Shown: positions 48,549 through 58,067 of the stretch, one piece after another
How the letters are laid out: each line of letters begins with the position of its first letter
Position numbering within the stretch: the first letter of the stretch is position 1
Assembly (NCBI GenBank): GCA_034370465.1
Contig: JAXMLA010000040.1
Span: 1 to 62,372, forward strand
Direction of reading: 5' to 3'
Origin: Desulfuromonadales bacterium
Lineage (GTDB): Bacteria; Desulfobacterota; Desulfuromonadia; Desulfuromonadales; UBA2197
DNA length: 62,372 bases
The notes under the pieces: model-generated
Databases searched by the model: none
Told to the model about the DNA's origin: nothing
What the model saw: only the letters and a program-made list of their open reading frames with translations
Program-made: the position numbers and the translations under genes

Positions 48549-49385
48549 ATGTATACAAACCGTCTCTATCGCCTGACTCTTTCTCTTCTTTTTGGCACAA
48601 GTCTCCTCCTTTCTACTCTTTGTCCCCTTGATGCCGCTGAATCTCCCCCGGTTCCTGCGCAAAAGGCGTCATTACAGTCCTTGATTGACCTTGATCGTCA
48701 CTATAACCTCTCTTTTCTTTGGTTTGACCGTCTCGCGGTTGGACAGTTAAGTTTTCGTCGTGATCTCTCGGCTCCCAATCGATACCGGGCGATCCTCGAT
48801 GCCAGGACTCTCGGTGTGGCGGCTTGGTTGACAGGGGAACGGAAGCAGCATTATGAAACCTTGATGGAGATGACCCCACAAGGACGATTTGTTGCCATTG
48901 AATACCGTTCGATGATTCACAAAAATAAAGGGGGGCAGGTCGTTGAACAGACCAAGAGCTATAAGTTTGAACCGGCGACCCGGACGATTTTCGTTACCCG
49001 CCAGAAAGCCGATCAAAAGGGGCCGGAAGAGCCGCGTAAGATCGTTTGTGAGTCTTGCCCTGTCGATTTTCTGACCGCGGGTTTTAATTTTATTTCCGGC
49101 GCGGATGGACCCCTGGAGCCCGGAGTTCGCAAGGAGATTCTGACTTTCACGGACAAGGGAGAAAGCCATATTTTCATTGAGGTTCTCCGTGCATCCGACT
49201 GGCCGAAGACCTCTTTCCTGACAAAGGGGAGTGGAACTCTCCTCAAAATTACCCTCCCGACAGAAATCCTTGATACCGGCGGCGGCGCTGTCTATGCCCT
49301 GCTCGATGAAAAGTTTTTACCGCAACGGGTGATCGTTGAGAAAGTTTTAGGGTTGGGGGATGTGCGCGGGGAGCTACGGCGTTGA
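48549..49385 (+). CDS. Secreted hypothetical protein (tentatively DUF3108-like)
   Basis: It has a signal peptide and is rich in beta-strand-type sequence. It starts 6-9 nt after the arsR stop. The family assignment is from memory only. Confidence 0.5.
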   Translation: MYTNRLYRLTLSLLFGTSLLLSTLCPLDAAESPPVPAQKASLQSLIDLDRHYNLSFLWFDRLAVGQLSFRRDLSAPNRYRAILDARTLGVAAWLTGERKQHYETLMEMTPQGRFVAIEYRSMIHKNKGGQVVEQTKSYKFEPATRTIFVTRQKADQKGPEEPRKIVCESCPVDFLTAGFNFISGADGPLEPGVRKEILTFTDKGESHIFIEVLRASDWPKTSFLTKGSGTLLKITLPTEILDTGGGAVYALLDEKFLPQRVIVEKVLGLGDVRGELRR

Positions 49386-49409
49386 ATTCATATGTTCAGG
49401 TGAACAACA

Positions 49410-49835
49410 ATGACACAGCGTCGCGCTGAATTCGTTCGGCTGCGCAAGCCGGAACGGGCCCGCCATCTCTATGAGTTGGCGTCGGAATTCTATAATGCCG
49501 GACATCGGGTGCTGCTTCTTGTCGCGGATGACGATCAGGGGATCAAACTCGATCATTTTTTGTGGACCTGGAAACGCGATTCTTTCCTGCCCCATGCCTT
49601 TGACAACGGCGCTGTCGAGTGTCTCGGCGAACCGATTGTCATTGCCTCGGCCGAGCGCAACGCCAACGCCAGTCGGGTCGTGATCCTCGGCCGTCCGGCC
49701 ACGCTGAACTTCCTCCGTCAGTTCGATACCATTGTTGATTTTGCCGAAACCTACGACGATGCTCTCGCCGCGGCGAGCCGGCAGCGTTATCGCACTTATC
49801 AGGAGGCCGGTTATGTTGCCAGCCTCCGCGAGTAG
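49410..49835 (+). CDS. holC: DNA polymerase III chi subunit
   Basis: 141 aa. The motif ...RVLLLVADDDQGIKLDHFLWTW.RDSFLPHA... is typical of HolC. Confidence 0.75.
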   Translation: MTQRRAEFVRLRKPERARHLYELASEFYNAGHRVLLLVADDDQGIKLDHFLWTWKRDSFLPHAFDNGAVECLGEPIVIASAERNANASRVVILGRPATLNFLRQFDTIVDFAETYDDALAAASRQRYRTYQEAGYVASLRE

Positions 49836-50580
49836 CGGCGGCGCCGGGACTCTGGTCCGATTGGCCGTTAACTTCCAGTCCGGGGTTCCCTGTCCGTTTT
49901 CGGTGGATGTTGTAACTTCTTTAAAACACTGGCATGCGCGCTGCGGGATGATTGTCACGGTCATTTCTGCCGACGGGGAGTTGTGGCGGGGGCGGCTGGC
50001 GGAACTGGGCGAAGACAGCGGCATCCTGATTCCTTTTCAACGCTCCTTGCGTCCCCTCGAAAGTTCTTTAACTCTGACTGTTTATCAGGCCCTGCCGGAG
50101 AAAGAGCGCTTCGAGCTCATCCTCGAAAAACTCACTGAACTCGGGGTGACCCGCATCGTCCCCTTTGTCTCGCAGCACTCTTCAACACCTGCGGCGCGTG
50201 ACGCCAAACAGCCAAAATCCCACCGCTGGCCGGAAGTGCTGCGCCGGGCCGCGGTCCAATGCCGCCGGGCGATCATCCCCGAACTCAGCCCCTGCCTTGA
50301 TCTTACTACCGTCTTTACCGATGCCCCGGACACCGCTCTTCGTCTCATCTTGTATGAAGGGGAGGGGACGTCCTCCCTCAAAGAGACCCTCGCCGGTCAG
50401 GAGTGCCGGCAGGTCGCGTTGCTGATCGGTCCCGAAGGGGGCTTTGCCGCCGAGGAAGTCGCCAGCGCGCGTCACCACGGATTTCTCCCGGTCTCCCTCG
50501 GCCCACGCATCCTCCGCACCGAAACAGCAGCAATCAGTGCCGCGACCGTCATCCAGTTCGCTCTCGGCGATTTGAACTAA
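49813..50580 (+). CDS. rsmE: 16S rRNA (uracil1498-N3)-methyltransferase RsmE
   Basis: The ATG at 49813 follows AGGAGG. EKLTELGVTRIVPF and LLIGPEGGFAAEEV are present. Confidence 0.85.
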   Translation: MLPASASSGGAGTLVRLAVNFQSGVPCPFSVDVVTSLKHWHARCGMIVTVISADGELWRGRLAELGEDSGILIPFQRSLRPLESSLTLTVYQALPEKERFELILEKLTELGVTRIVPFVSQHSSTPAARDAKQPKSHRWPEVLRRAAVQCRRAIIPELSPCLDLTTVFTDAPDTALRLILYEGEGTSSLKETLAGQECRQVALLIGPEGGFAAEEVASARHHGFLPVSLGPRILRTETAAISAATVIQFALGDLN

Positions 50581-50591
50581 GGAAGTTATCG

Positions 50592-51365
50592 ATGTCTCTC
50601 CCCCCCGCGCCAGCGTCACCCTTAACCAACATTGCCGTTATTCTCATCGAACCGCAAGGTCCCCTCAACATTGGCTCAGTCTGCCGGGTGATGATGAACT
50701 TCGGTCTGGCGGATCTCCGTCTGGTCAATCCCCAGACCGACCACCTCGGTGACGAAGCGCGGCGCATGGCGGTGCGGGCCGCCCCTCTCTTGGAGCAGGC
50801 GCGGGTCTACCCCTCCCTCCCTGATGCTCTCGCCGGCTGCAGTCTCGCCATCGGCACCACCCGCCGCTTCGGCAAATATCGCGAGGACTTCATCCACCCG
50901 AACGATGCCGGACGCGAGATCCTCACGGCCGCCGCATCGGCTTCGACCGCCCTGGTCTTCGGTCGCGAAGATCGCGGCCTCCTCACCAGCGAACTCGACC
51001 TGTGTCAGCGCTTCCTCACCATCCCCACCAGCGACGAACTGCCATCGATGAATCTCGCCCAGGCCGTCGCCGTCTGTCTTTACGAAGTCGGTCAGGCAGC
51101 CGCGGAAGCCGCGGGAAAAGTGCGGGAAAAGAGTCGTAAAAGTGCACCTTCTGCCGCCATTGAGGCGATGTACAGTCACATGCGTCATAGCCTCCTTGAG
51201 ATCGGTTACCTCGATCCACAGAATCCTGAACACATCCTCCGCACCTTCCGCCGCATCTTCAGCCGCGCCGGGCTCAATGACCGGGATGTCCGCATTCTGC
51301 AGGGGTTGTGGAGCCGTCTTGACTGGATCGAGAACGAGCGCCGTAAAGAGAAAGAGAAGAAATGA
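50592..51365 (+). CDS. trmJ: SpoU/TrmH-class RNA 2-prime-O-methyltransferase, TrmJ-like
   Basis: IAVILIEPQGPLNIGSVCRVMMNFGLADLRLVNP, ALVFGREDRGL and PSMNLAQAVAVCLYE are present. Confidence 0.8.
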   Translation: MSLPPAPASPLTNIAVILIEPQGPLNIGSVCRVMMNFGLADLRLVNPQTDHLGDEARRMAVRAAPLLEQARVYPSLPDALAGCSLAIGTTRRFGKYREDFIHPNDAGREILTAAASASTALVFGREDRGLLTSELDLCQRFLTIPTSDELPSMNLAQAVAVCLYEVGQAAAEAAGKVREKSRKSAPSAAIEAMYSHMRHSLLEIGYLDPQNPEHILRTFRRIFSRAGLNDRDVRILQGLWSRLDWIENERRKEKEKK

Positions 51366-51802
51366 TGCTCCTCCCTCCCGTCAGTTCCCAGCAACACCCG
51401 GCCGCAACGACCGCGACCGTCGCCGCTCCTCCTTTTGCCGAAGAAAGACTGACCAACGGTCTTTACCTGCGTTTTTTTGATCAAAGTAATCGCTACTTCG
51501 GTGATTATCACCGCCTGCGCATTGTCGTTGAGATCGAGTTGAATCTCAGCAACGAACTGCTGACCGATCCTGAACTCCTCTCCGCCGCCAAGAAGCGCTT
51601 TGGCGCGAGCCTGACGACCAGCAAGGTTCTCGAGCGGATGGGGGTTCCCGGCAGCCGTGTCGATGCCCTGCGGGGAGAACTGGTCGCCAGTTATCAAACC
51701 GAAGTGCAGAGTTATCTCAGCCGCCCGGAAGTCCCCCTGCGTCTCCTCCGTGCCGAATTAGCCAACAAACCGTCAGCGTCGACCATTTTGAGGATGTGCT
51801 GA
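51362..51802 (+). CDS. Hypothetical protein (146 aa), translationally coupled between two RNA methyltransferase genes
   Basis: It has an ATGA overlap with trmJ and a 7-nt overlap with rlmD. The codon and amino-acid composition look coding-like. I recognise no family. Confidence 0.55.
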   Translation: MMLLPPVSSQQHPAATTATVAAPPFAEERLTNGLYLRFFDQSNRYFGDYHRLRIVVEIELNLSNELLTDPELLSAAKKRFGASLTTSKVLERMGVPGSRVDALRGELVASYQTEVQSYLSRPEVPLRLLRAELANKPSASTILRMC

Positions 51803-53085
51803 TGGTCGAATTAACCATTGAGAGCCTCGTCTTTGGCGGCAACGGTCTCGGTCGTCTCGACGGCAAAGCGATCTTTGTCCCCCTGACCGCTCCCGGCGAT
51901 CAGATCCACTGTCGCATTGTCCGCGACAAGGGACGCTGGGCCGAAGCCGAGCTGATCGACATCCTTCAGCCGGCAGCAGAGCGGATCACTCCGCCCTGTC
52001 CGGTCTTTGGTCTCTGCGGCGGCTGCCAGTGGCAGTTTCTGCCGTATAGCGAGCAGGCAAGGTGGAAGGAAGCGATCTATCGCGATCTTTTGCAACGTCA
52101 GGCCGGGGTCGCAGTCGAGAAGATCCGGCCGATTGTCGTTGCGCCTGAGCCTTACGCTTATCGCAGTCGCGCCCAGTTCAAATGCTGCCAGAGCAGTAAC
52201 GGCTTCACTCTCGGATTTTTCCGCAAGGGGAGTCATAGCGTCATCGGAATCGACGCCTGCCCGCTGCTGCCGGCAACGGTGAATGATTTGATTTCCTTAC
52301 TGAAGTCGGCGATAGACGGAACCGCCGTAGCGGCTCATATCCCCCAGATCGACGCCGGCATCGACGATCGCGGAAAGGTGCGGCTGGTCATCCATGCCCG
52401 CAACAACGTCGCCGCTACAGTCGCTGAACTTCTGCGCCCGCTGGCCATCTCGAAGGGTGTTGCGCTCTTTGTGCAGGGTGATCGGCAGGGAGGATTACAA
52501 CACATTTGCGGCGAGGAGGATCTGGTGATCAGCTGCGATACGCCGCCGCTGGCGTTGGCGTACAAGGCAGGAGGATTCTCCCAGATCAATCTGGAGCAGA
52601 ATCGGGCGCTGCTCAACGCTGTGCTCAGCGCCGCAGAGTTACAAGGGACGGAACGGGTTCTCGATCTTTATTGCGGAATGGGGAATTTTTCGCTCCCCCT
52701 GGCGCGGCGCTGTGCCGAAGTCGTCGGGGTCGAGGATTATGCGCCGTCGATTGCCCAGGCCAAAATCAACGCCAAGCAGAACGGCTTGAACAACATCCGC
52801 TTTTATGCCCGTCCGGCAGCCGGCGCCTTGCGCGCCTACGGTCAGAAGGCCCCCTTCGATCTCGTCGTTCTCGATCCGCCGCGGGAGGGAGCGAGCGACG
52901 TCTGCCGCGAACTCATCGACCTTGGTCCGCCGCGGGTCATCTACATCTCCTGCGACCCTGCCACCCAAGCCCGGGATCTCAAGACCCTCCTGCAGAACGG
53001 TTATAACTGCGTTGCCGCCCAGCCCTTCGACTTCTTTCCGCAGACCCATCACATCGAAAGTTTGGCCATTCTCGCCCGCAACTGA
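51796..53085 (+). CDS. rlmD: 23S rRNA (uracil-C5)-methyltransferase RlmD/RumA family
   Basis: It has an N-terminal TRAM-like domain and the Fe-S cysteines CPVFGLCGGCQWQ. DLYCGMGNFSLPLA, VLDPPREG and YISCDPAT are present. Confidence 0.9.
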   Translation: MLMVELTIESLVFGGNGLGRLDGKAIFVPLTAPGDQIHCRIVRDKGRWAEAELIDILQPAAERITPPCPVFGLCGGCQWQFLPYSEQARWKEAIYRDLLQRQAGVAVEKIRPIVVAPEPYAYRSRAQFKCCQSSNGFTLGFFRKGSHSVIGIDACPLLPATVNDLISLLKSAIDGTAVAAHIPQIDAGIDDRGKVRLVIHARNNVAATVAELLRPLAISKGVALFVQGDRQGGLQHICGEEDLVISCDTPPLALAYKAGGFSQINLEQNRALLNAVLSAAELQGTERVLDLYCGMGNFSLPLARRCAEVVGVEDYAPSIAQAKINAKQNGLNNIRFYARPAAGALRAYGQKAPFDLVVLDPPREGASDVCRELIDLGPPRVIYISCDPATQARDLKTLLQNGYNCVAAQPFDFFPQTHHIESLAILARN

Positions 53086-54203
53086 TCCTTGATCGTCTTC
53101 TCCACAGCAGTCAGCAACCAGCGCAGCCAGCTCTTCATCCGGATCAACTGCAGGAGAAGTCGCTGGCTGTTTTGTTGCTCCTCTTCGGTAAGTTCACCCG
53201 CACGTAGAAGATTCGGGGCGAAGTGCTGCGCATCGTGGCTTTGCCAGTGGGCAGCAAGATTGGCGAGGAGCTGGCGGTCGGCACCGCGCCGTCGCAGGAT
53301 CTCGACAATTTCGTCGCGGCAGAGCTGCGTCGGCGGCCGGCCGATAATCCGCTCCAGCGCTTCTTCGACCGTGCGCGGGGTGCGACTCTTGCGGTACGAG
53401 CGCAGCAGAAGATAGAGGGCAAGCAGGGTGAAAAGAAGGAGGGCGCTGTGCACCAGCCAGGTCGGTATATGTTCGATCCCCGCATTCAGAATGACATATT
53501 TGTGCGCCAGCGGATCGAAGACCGGCAGGCGGAAGACGAGTCGGCCGCGATCGTTGCCGCCGGGGAGGTAAAGGTAGCGCAGGGTGCGGGTGCGCTCCTG
53601 CGGCGCGCTGCCGATCGTGGCATCATGGAGGAGAATCAGCCGTTCGTTCGCGCCGACTTCGGCTTGCGGCGCCGGGAAGGTTTCGAGTACGGCCGGACCC
53701 TTTAGCACCAGCTGGATCTCGCGACTGCCCCGGCCTTCTGCCAGCAGCTCCATCTCCACCTGACCGATCGCCCCGGCAAAGTTCTCCGGTCGGCCCCGTT
53801 CCGGCAAGGGGAGCACCCGCAGTTCGACCGGTTGGGCATGATAAGTCTGACCGGCGATGCTCACCCCGGCCGCGCTCAGGGGGAGTCGACCGCTGCGCAG
53901 GGGGCGGACAGCGCGCTGCATGATCTGCACGAGGGCCGCTTGATCTTCCTCCAGGCGGGGGGGAGGGGTCGGGAGCTCGGAGCTGGCGCTGCTGTCGAGA
54001 TTGGGCCAGATCGGGATAATGGCACTTTGCGGTCGCGGCGGGGTACGGACTTCGAGGGTGACAATGACCTCTTCGCCGACATAGGGCGCCGGGTTGGAGA
54101 GGAGCAGGCGCACCGCCGGGAGATTGTCGGCGGCCAACGAGCCGGCGCTGCTCAAGCTCAGGCAGAGGAAGGAAATAATTACGATAAGAGGCCGCATTAC
54201 CAA
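53049..54203 (-). CDS. BatD-like (oxygen-tolerance family) membrane protein
   Basis: It has a signal peptide, an Ig-like N-terminal region (VGEEVIVTLEV), a single TM segment and a C-terminal helical region. It is the last gene of the MoxR/DUF58/VWA operon. Confidence 0.7.
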   Translation of the reverse strand: MVMRPLIVIISFLCLSLSSAGSLAADNLPAVRLLLSNPAPYVGEEVIVTLEVRTPPRPQSAIIPIWPNLDSSASSELPTPPPRLEEDQAALVQIMQRAVRPLRSGRLPLSAAGVSIAGQTYHAQPVELRVLPLPERGRPENFAGAIGQVEMELLAEGRGSREIQLVLKGPAVLETFPAPQAEVGANERLILLHDATIGSAPQERTRTLRYLYLPGGNDRGRLVFRLPVFDPLAHKYVILNAGIEHIPTWLVHSALLLFTLLALYLLLRSYRKSRTPRTVEEALERIIGRPPTQLCRDEIVEILRRRGADRQLLANLAAHWQSHDAQHFAPNLLRAGELTEEEQQNSQRLLLQLIRMKSWLRWLLTAVEKTIKDQLRARMAKLSM

Positions 54204-56458
54204 TCCTTCTCGACGCTGCGTTCGCGGATCTCCGCCTGACTTGCGGCGTCAGCAAAGGCTTGCGGCTTCACCGCTTCGACCAGTTGCAGGGCCTGTTCAC
54301 GATTCATCGGCGCATCAACGGAACTCTCTTCGCTCTGGCGCTCGCCATCGCCACTGCCGCTGGCCGGGTGATCACCGAGGAGACGCAAGGCCAGAGCAAG
54401 ATTGGTCCGCGCGGCCGTATCGCCGGGGAGGAGGAGGAGTGCCTGTTCCAGGGCGGTGACCGCCGGGGCGGCAGCGCCTGCCTGCAAAAGCGCCGTCCCC
54501 TGATTGTAGAGAACCAGCCCCCGTTCATTGGCGGGGAGGCTGGGGATGGCGCGGGCAAAGGCGCCGGCAGCCTCCTCGAAAGCGCCGTTTTTGGCGTGGC
54601 GCATGCCGCTGTCAAAGTCATTTTCGCCCCGCTCGATGATCTGGCCGCAGGCGCTGACCACCAGAGTCAGCATGGTAAAGGCCGGGACCCAGGCGCTCCA
54701 GCCCCGCACTTTGCGGGACCAGGGGAATTGCCGCAGCAGCAGGAGTCCGAGCGCTGACCAGAGCCACCATAATGCCGGTGGCGCCAGGAGCTCCGGGGGG
54801 CGCCAGCGTTCAATCAGCGCCAGGGTGGCCGGGGCGCTATCCGGACGCAGCAGCATTTCGCCTTTGGTAACGCTGGCGATCTGCCGCAGGCGGTCATCAT
54901 CCCTTTGGCTGATGACGGTGGCGCCGTCGCGACCGCGCCGCACCTCGCCGTTCTCCTGCAGCACCGGGCTCCCTGCGGTGCTGCCAAGGGGGATCGTGTA
55001 GACCGGAATTGACTGCGGCAGGCGCGGCGCCGGAGTCGGTACGGTCCGCTCGCCGTCGGAGAGGAGGATGACGGCCCGTTTGCGATTGCCACTGCTCAAT
55101 GTCGACAGGGCGGTGAGGATCCCTTCTTCCGGTGCCGAGCCGGGCGAAGCCACCATCCTCGGCAGGAGGCGGTCGACAAAGAAGAGGATCGCTTCCCGAT
55201 CTTCGGTCAGGGGCGCCTGCACCACCCCTTCACCGCCGATCAGGGTGAGACTGAAACGGCTGTGAGGCAGGGAGGTTATCAGCGTCCGCACTTCCCGCTG
55301 TGCCAAAGCAAGTCGGCTGTCACCATTATCGCTGCTGGCCATGCTCGCGGAGACGTCGATAGCCAGAGCGAGATCCGGGCCATTTTGCTCGCCCCGTAGA
55401 ATCGGCCCGGCCCCCGGCGGCGGAATCAGCAGGAGGGAAAAGGCGGTCAAGGCAACGAGATCCAAAAGATAACCGGTCGGTCGAATGCGCAGCCAGAGGC
55501 GGAAGAGGAGGAGTTCTGCGGCCAAAAGGACGAGGATGAGTCTTTGCAGGAGCGGCGCCAACGGGTGATCGGTAATCCGGTCTTTCACCTCGAGCGGGCT
55601 CTTCTCCAACGCATCGATGCGCTGATAAACGTCGCGCAGCGCTTCGCCGCTGCTGGCAAGAAAGTGCTGGCCGCCGGTAAGACGGGCGATTTCGAGCAGC
55701 GGCTCTTCTTCCAGGGCACTGAGCAGGAGCGAGCCGTCGGCGAGGCGGGCCGGGGTGCCGGCGCTCCCTAAAGGAACCTCGCTCCCTTGCAGCGAGCCGA
55801 AGCCGATGGTGTAGATGCGAATCCCCAGGGCCGCAGCAGCACGGGCCGCGGCGCGGGGGGTGATACTCCCGCGGTTCGAACTGCCGTCTGTGAGGAGAAT
55901 GACCGCCTTGCTCTGCGCCGGAGAATCCTTGAGCCGGGCGAGAGCGGTGGAGAGGGCATCGCCGATAGCGGTGCCGGTCCCGGAGCGATCCGCCTCGACT
56001 GCCCGCAGGCGGGCGATGAGATGACCTTTGTCGAGGACCGGCGGAGAAAGGAGGACCGGTACGCCGGAGAAGAGGATAACCCCGACCCGATCATTCTCGC
56101 GCTCGACCAGGAAGTCAGCTGCGGCATTGCGGGCGGCAGCCATGCGGCTCGGCAAGATATCGGTAGCGCCGAGGGAGGCGGAGACATCGAGGACGAGCAT
56201 CAGATCGACCCCCTCCCGCACCGTCGTCCGACTCGTTTCGCGTTGCACCGGATCGGCAAGGAGGAGAATAAGAAAGGCGATGGTCAACGCCGCACACCAG
56301 CTATGCAGCCGGTAAAAGCGGAGGCGCCAGGTCGTTCTGAGGAGCCGTAGCGGCTCCAGGGAGGAGAGTGGTGAACTGAGACGCCGGCGTGGGATAAAGG
56401 GGAGGAGCGCCAGGGGCAAAAGCCAAAGGAGATACGGGGCGGTAAAGGTAAAGTTCAT
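54197..56458 (-). CDS. BatA-BatB-BatC fusion: two VWA domains plus TPR in one polytopic protein
   Basis: The N-terminus MNFTFTAPYLLWLLPLALLPFI is BatA-like. The MIDAS motifs are LVLDVSASL and LAIDVSASMA. The C-terminal TPR region contains FEEAAGAFARAI...LYNQGTALLQAG... Confidence 0.8.
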   Translation of the reverse strand: MNFTFTAPYLLWLLPLALLPFIPRRRLSSPLSSLEPLRLLRTTWRLRFYRLHSWCAALTIAFLILLLADPVQRETSRTTVREGVDLMLVLDVSASLGATDILPSRMAAARNAAADFLVERENDRVGVILFSGVPVLLSPPVLDKGHLIARLRAVEADRSGTGTAIGDALSTALARLKDSPAQSKAVILLTDGSSNRGSITPRAAARAAAALGIRIYTIGFGSLQGSEVPLGSAGTPARLADGSLLLSALEEEPLLEIARLTGGQHFLASSGEALRDVYQRIDALEKSPLEVKDRITDHPLAPLLQRLILVLLAAELLLFRLWLRIRPTGYLLDLVALTAFSLLLIPPPGAGPILRGEQNGPDLALAIDVSASMASSDNGDSRLALAQREVRTLITSLPHSRFSLTLIGGEGVVQAPLTEDREAILFFVDRLLPRMVASPGSAPEEGILTALSTLSSGNRKRAVILLSDGERTVPTPAPRLPQSIPVYTIPLGSTAGSPVLQENGEVRRGRDGATVISQRDDDRLRQIASVTKGEMLLRPDSAPATLALIERWRPPELLAPPALWWLWSALGLLLLRQFPWSRKVRGWSAWVPAFTMLTLVVSACGQIIERGENDFDSGMRHAKNGAFEEAAGAFARAIPSLPANERGLVLYNQGTALLQAGAAAPAVTALEQALLLLPGDTAARTNLALALRLLGDHPASGSGDGERQSEESSVDAPMNREQALQLVEAVKPQAFADAASQAEIRERSVEKDW

Positions 56459-57150
56459 TTGCCCACCGCTTCAGCCAGAGACAACAGTGTACGATACAGG
56501 CGCTGAATGTCGTCGGTGCTGCTGGGAAGCGGTGCAAAGCGGCGCTCCCTGATTTCGTCGAGGAGATTGGTGCATGCCGCTGTGGCCGGGAGTTGACGGG
56601 CACGGGCTTCAAGGCGGGCTAACTGTACCGCTTGCGGAAGTTTGAAAAAGTCCGGGCGGTGCCACCAGCGCCAAAATACGGCAATCCCCCCCCCGACCAG
56701 GAGGAGGAGCAGGGCACCGGCCAGAATCCAGCCGCCCGGACCGGAACCGACCAGGGGGAAGGGGCGACGTTTGAAGGGGGCGATCGCGGCATCCTGGGCA
56801 ATCCCCTCGAGGACGGTGACCGCCAGTGGCGTGGTTTCGATCTGACGGGCGGTGCCGACCTGTAAGGGGAAGGGGGGGATCTCCCGAACTCCCGGCCGCA
56901 TCGGCAGGACAACCAGGCGGATCTCGGAACCATGATGCAGCGGCGGGGCAAGGGGTTCAAAGGAGCCGAGATCAGGGAGGCCGGCGAGTCCGGTCTCTTC
57001 GTCGTCGAGAGTGATGATGATGGAGAGCGGCTTGCCGAGGATCGGTGTCGCCGGGTCGAGACGGACGATTGGAGCCGCCAGGACCAGGGTCGCCGGCAAC
57101 AGCGCCAACACCAAGATTGAGCCGAGAGGTCCCAAGGTTGCGCGGCTCAC
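56455..57150 (-). CDS. Membrane protein of the Bat operon (Ig-like exported N-domain, one TM, DUF4381-like C-terminal region)
   Basis: It has a signal peptide, the TM segment WILAGALLLLLVGGGIAVFWRWW, and 4-nt overlaps with both neighbours. Confidence 0.55.
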   Translation of the reverse strand: MSRATLGPLGSILVLALLPATLVLAAPIVRLDPATPILGKPLSIIITLDDEETGLAGLPDLGSFEPLAPPLHHGSEIRLVVLPMRPGVREIPPFPLQVGTARQIETTPLAVTVLEGIAQDAAIAPFKRRPFPLVGSGPGGWILAGALLLLLVGGGIAVFWRWWHRPDFFKLPQAVQLARLEARARQLPATAACTNLLDEIRERRFAPLPSSTDDIQRLYRTLLSLAEAVGK

Positions 57151-58067
57151 CGGCGTCTCCCGCTGCGGCGCCGGAAGAGGCGCAACAAGGTCGGTAGCAC
57201 CGACTCGCCGGCATTAAGAAATGCGTGATCGATGGTCAGGGTGTGCAGCTGTTCGGTCAGTTCGTGATCGCCGTATTCCCATTGAGCAGCATAAGTTTCG
57301 CGCTTCGCTTCACTGGAGAGATCAACGATCTTCTCGGTCAGGGTTTCGCGGTCGGCGACCCGCCATAAACCTTTGGTTTGCGGCAGGATCTCCTGCGGAT
57401 CACGGGGGATGAGGACCACCAGGTCGTGGCGGCTGTGGGCTTCGCTCAATCGCTTCAGCGGCAGGGGCGCGTGCAGATCGGAGAGGAGAATGATAATCCC
57501 CGGTCGCCGGTTGAGCTGCAGGGCCGCCTCGATCGGGGGGGCAAGATCGGTGTAACGCCCCTGCGGCCGATGCGCAATCAGTTCGGCGAGGATCCGCCGG
57601 GCGTGGCGGACGCCGGTCTCGGGGAGGATGAGATGCTCGATGCGGTCGGTAAAGGCGACCAGGGAGACGCGGTCGCCGCTGTTGGCGGCGGCAAAGGCGA
57701 GGAGGCCGGTGGTTTCGAAGAGGAGATCGCGCTTGGCGCCGGCAAAGGAAGCCGAGAGATCAACGAGCAGGGTTAGTGAGCGGCTGCGCTCCTCACGGTA
57801 CTGGCGGACATGCGGCACCCCGGTACGGGCGGTGACATTCCAGTCGATGGTGCGAACATCGTCCCCGGGCTGATAAGGGCGGAGCTCGGAAAATTCCATC
57901 CCCTGACCGCGAAACTGACTGCGGTAGGCGCCGGCAAGGCTGGCGGCGAGACGCCGGCGCGAGTTGATCTCCAGTCGTCGTACCAGCCCGCGGTTGGCCA
58001 GCGGAATCGGCGTCGCCTCGGGCTCAGGGCGTCGGAACAGCGGAGAAAATCTGCGCAAGTACCTCAT
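57147..58067 (-). CDS. DUF58-family protein (MoxR partner, VWA-like)
   Basis: GQGMEFSELRPYQPGDDVRTIDWNVTAR is the DUF58 signature. Confidence 0.88.
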   Translation of the reverse strand: MRYLRRFSPLFRRPEPEATPIPLANRGLVRRLEINSRRRLAASLAGAYRSQFRGQGMEFSELRPYQPGDDVRTIDWNVTARTGVPHVRQYREERSRSLTLLVDLSASFAGAKRDLLFETTGLLAFAAANSGDRVSLVAFTDRIEHLILPETGVRHARRILAELIAHRPQGRYTDLAPPIEAALQLNRRPGIIILLSDLHAPLPLKRLSEAHSRHDLVVLIPRDPQEILPQTKGLWRVADRETLTEKIVDLSSEAKRETYAAQWEYGDHELTEQLHTLTIDHAFLNAGESVLPTLLRLFRRRSGRRR

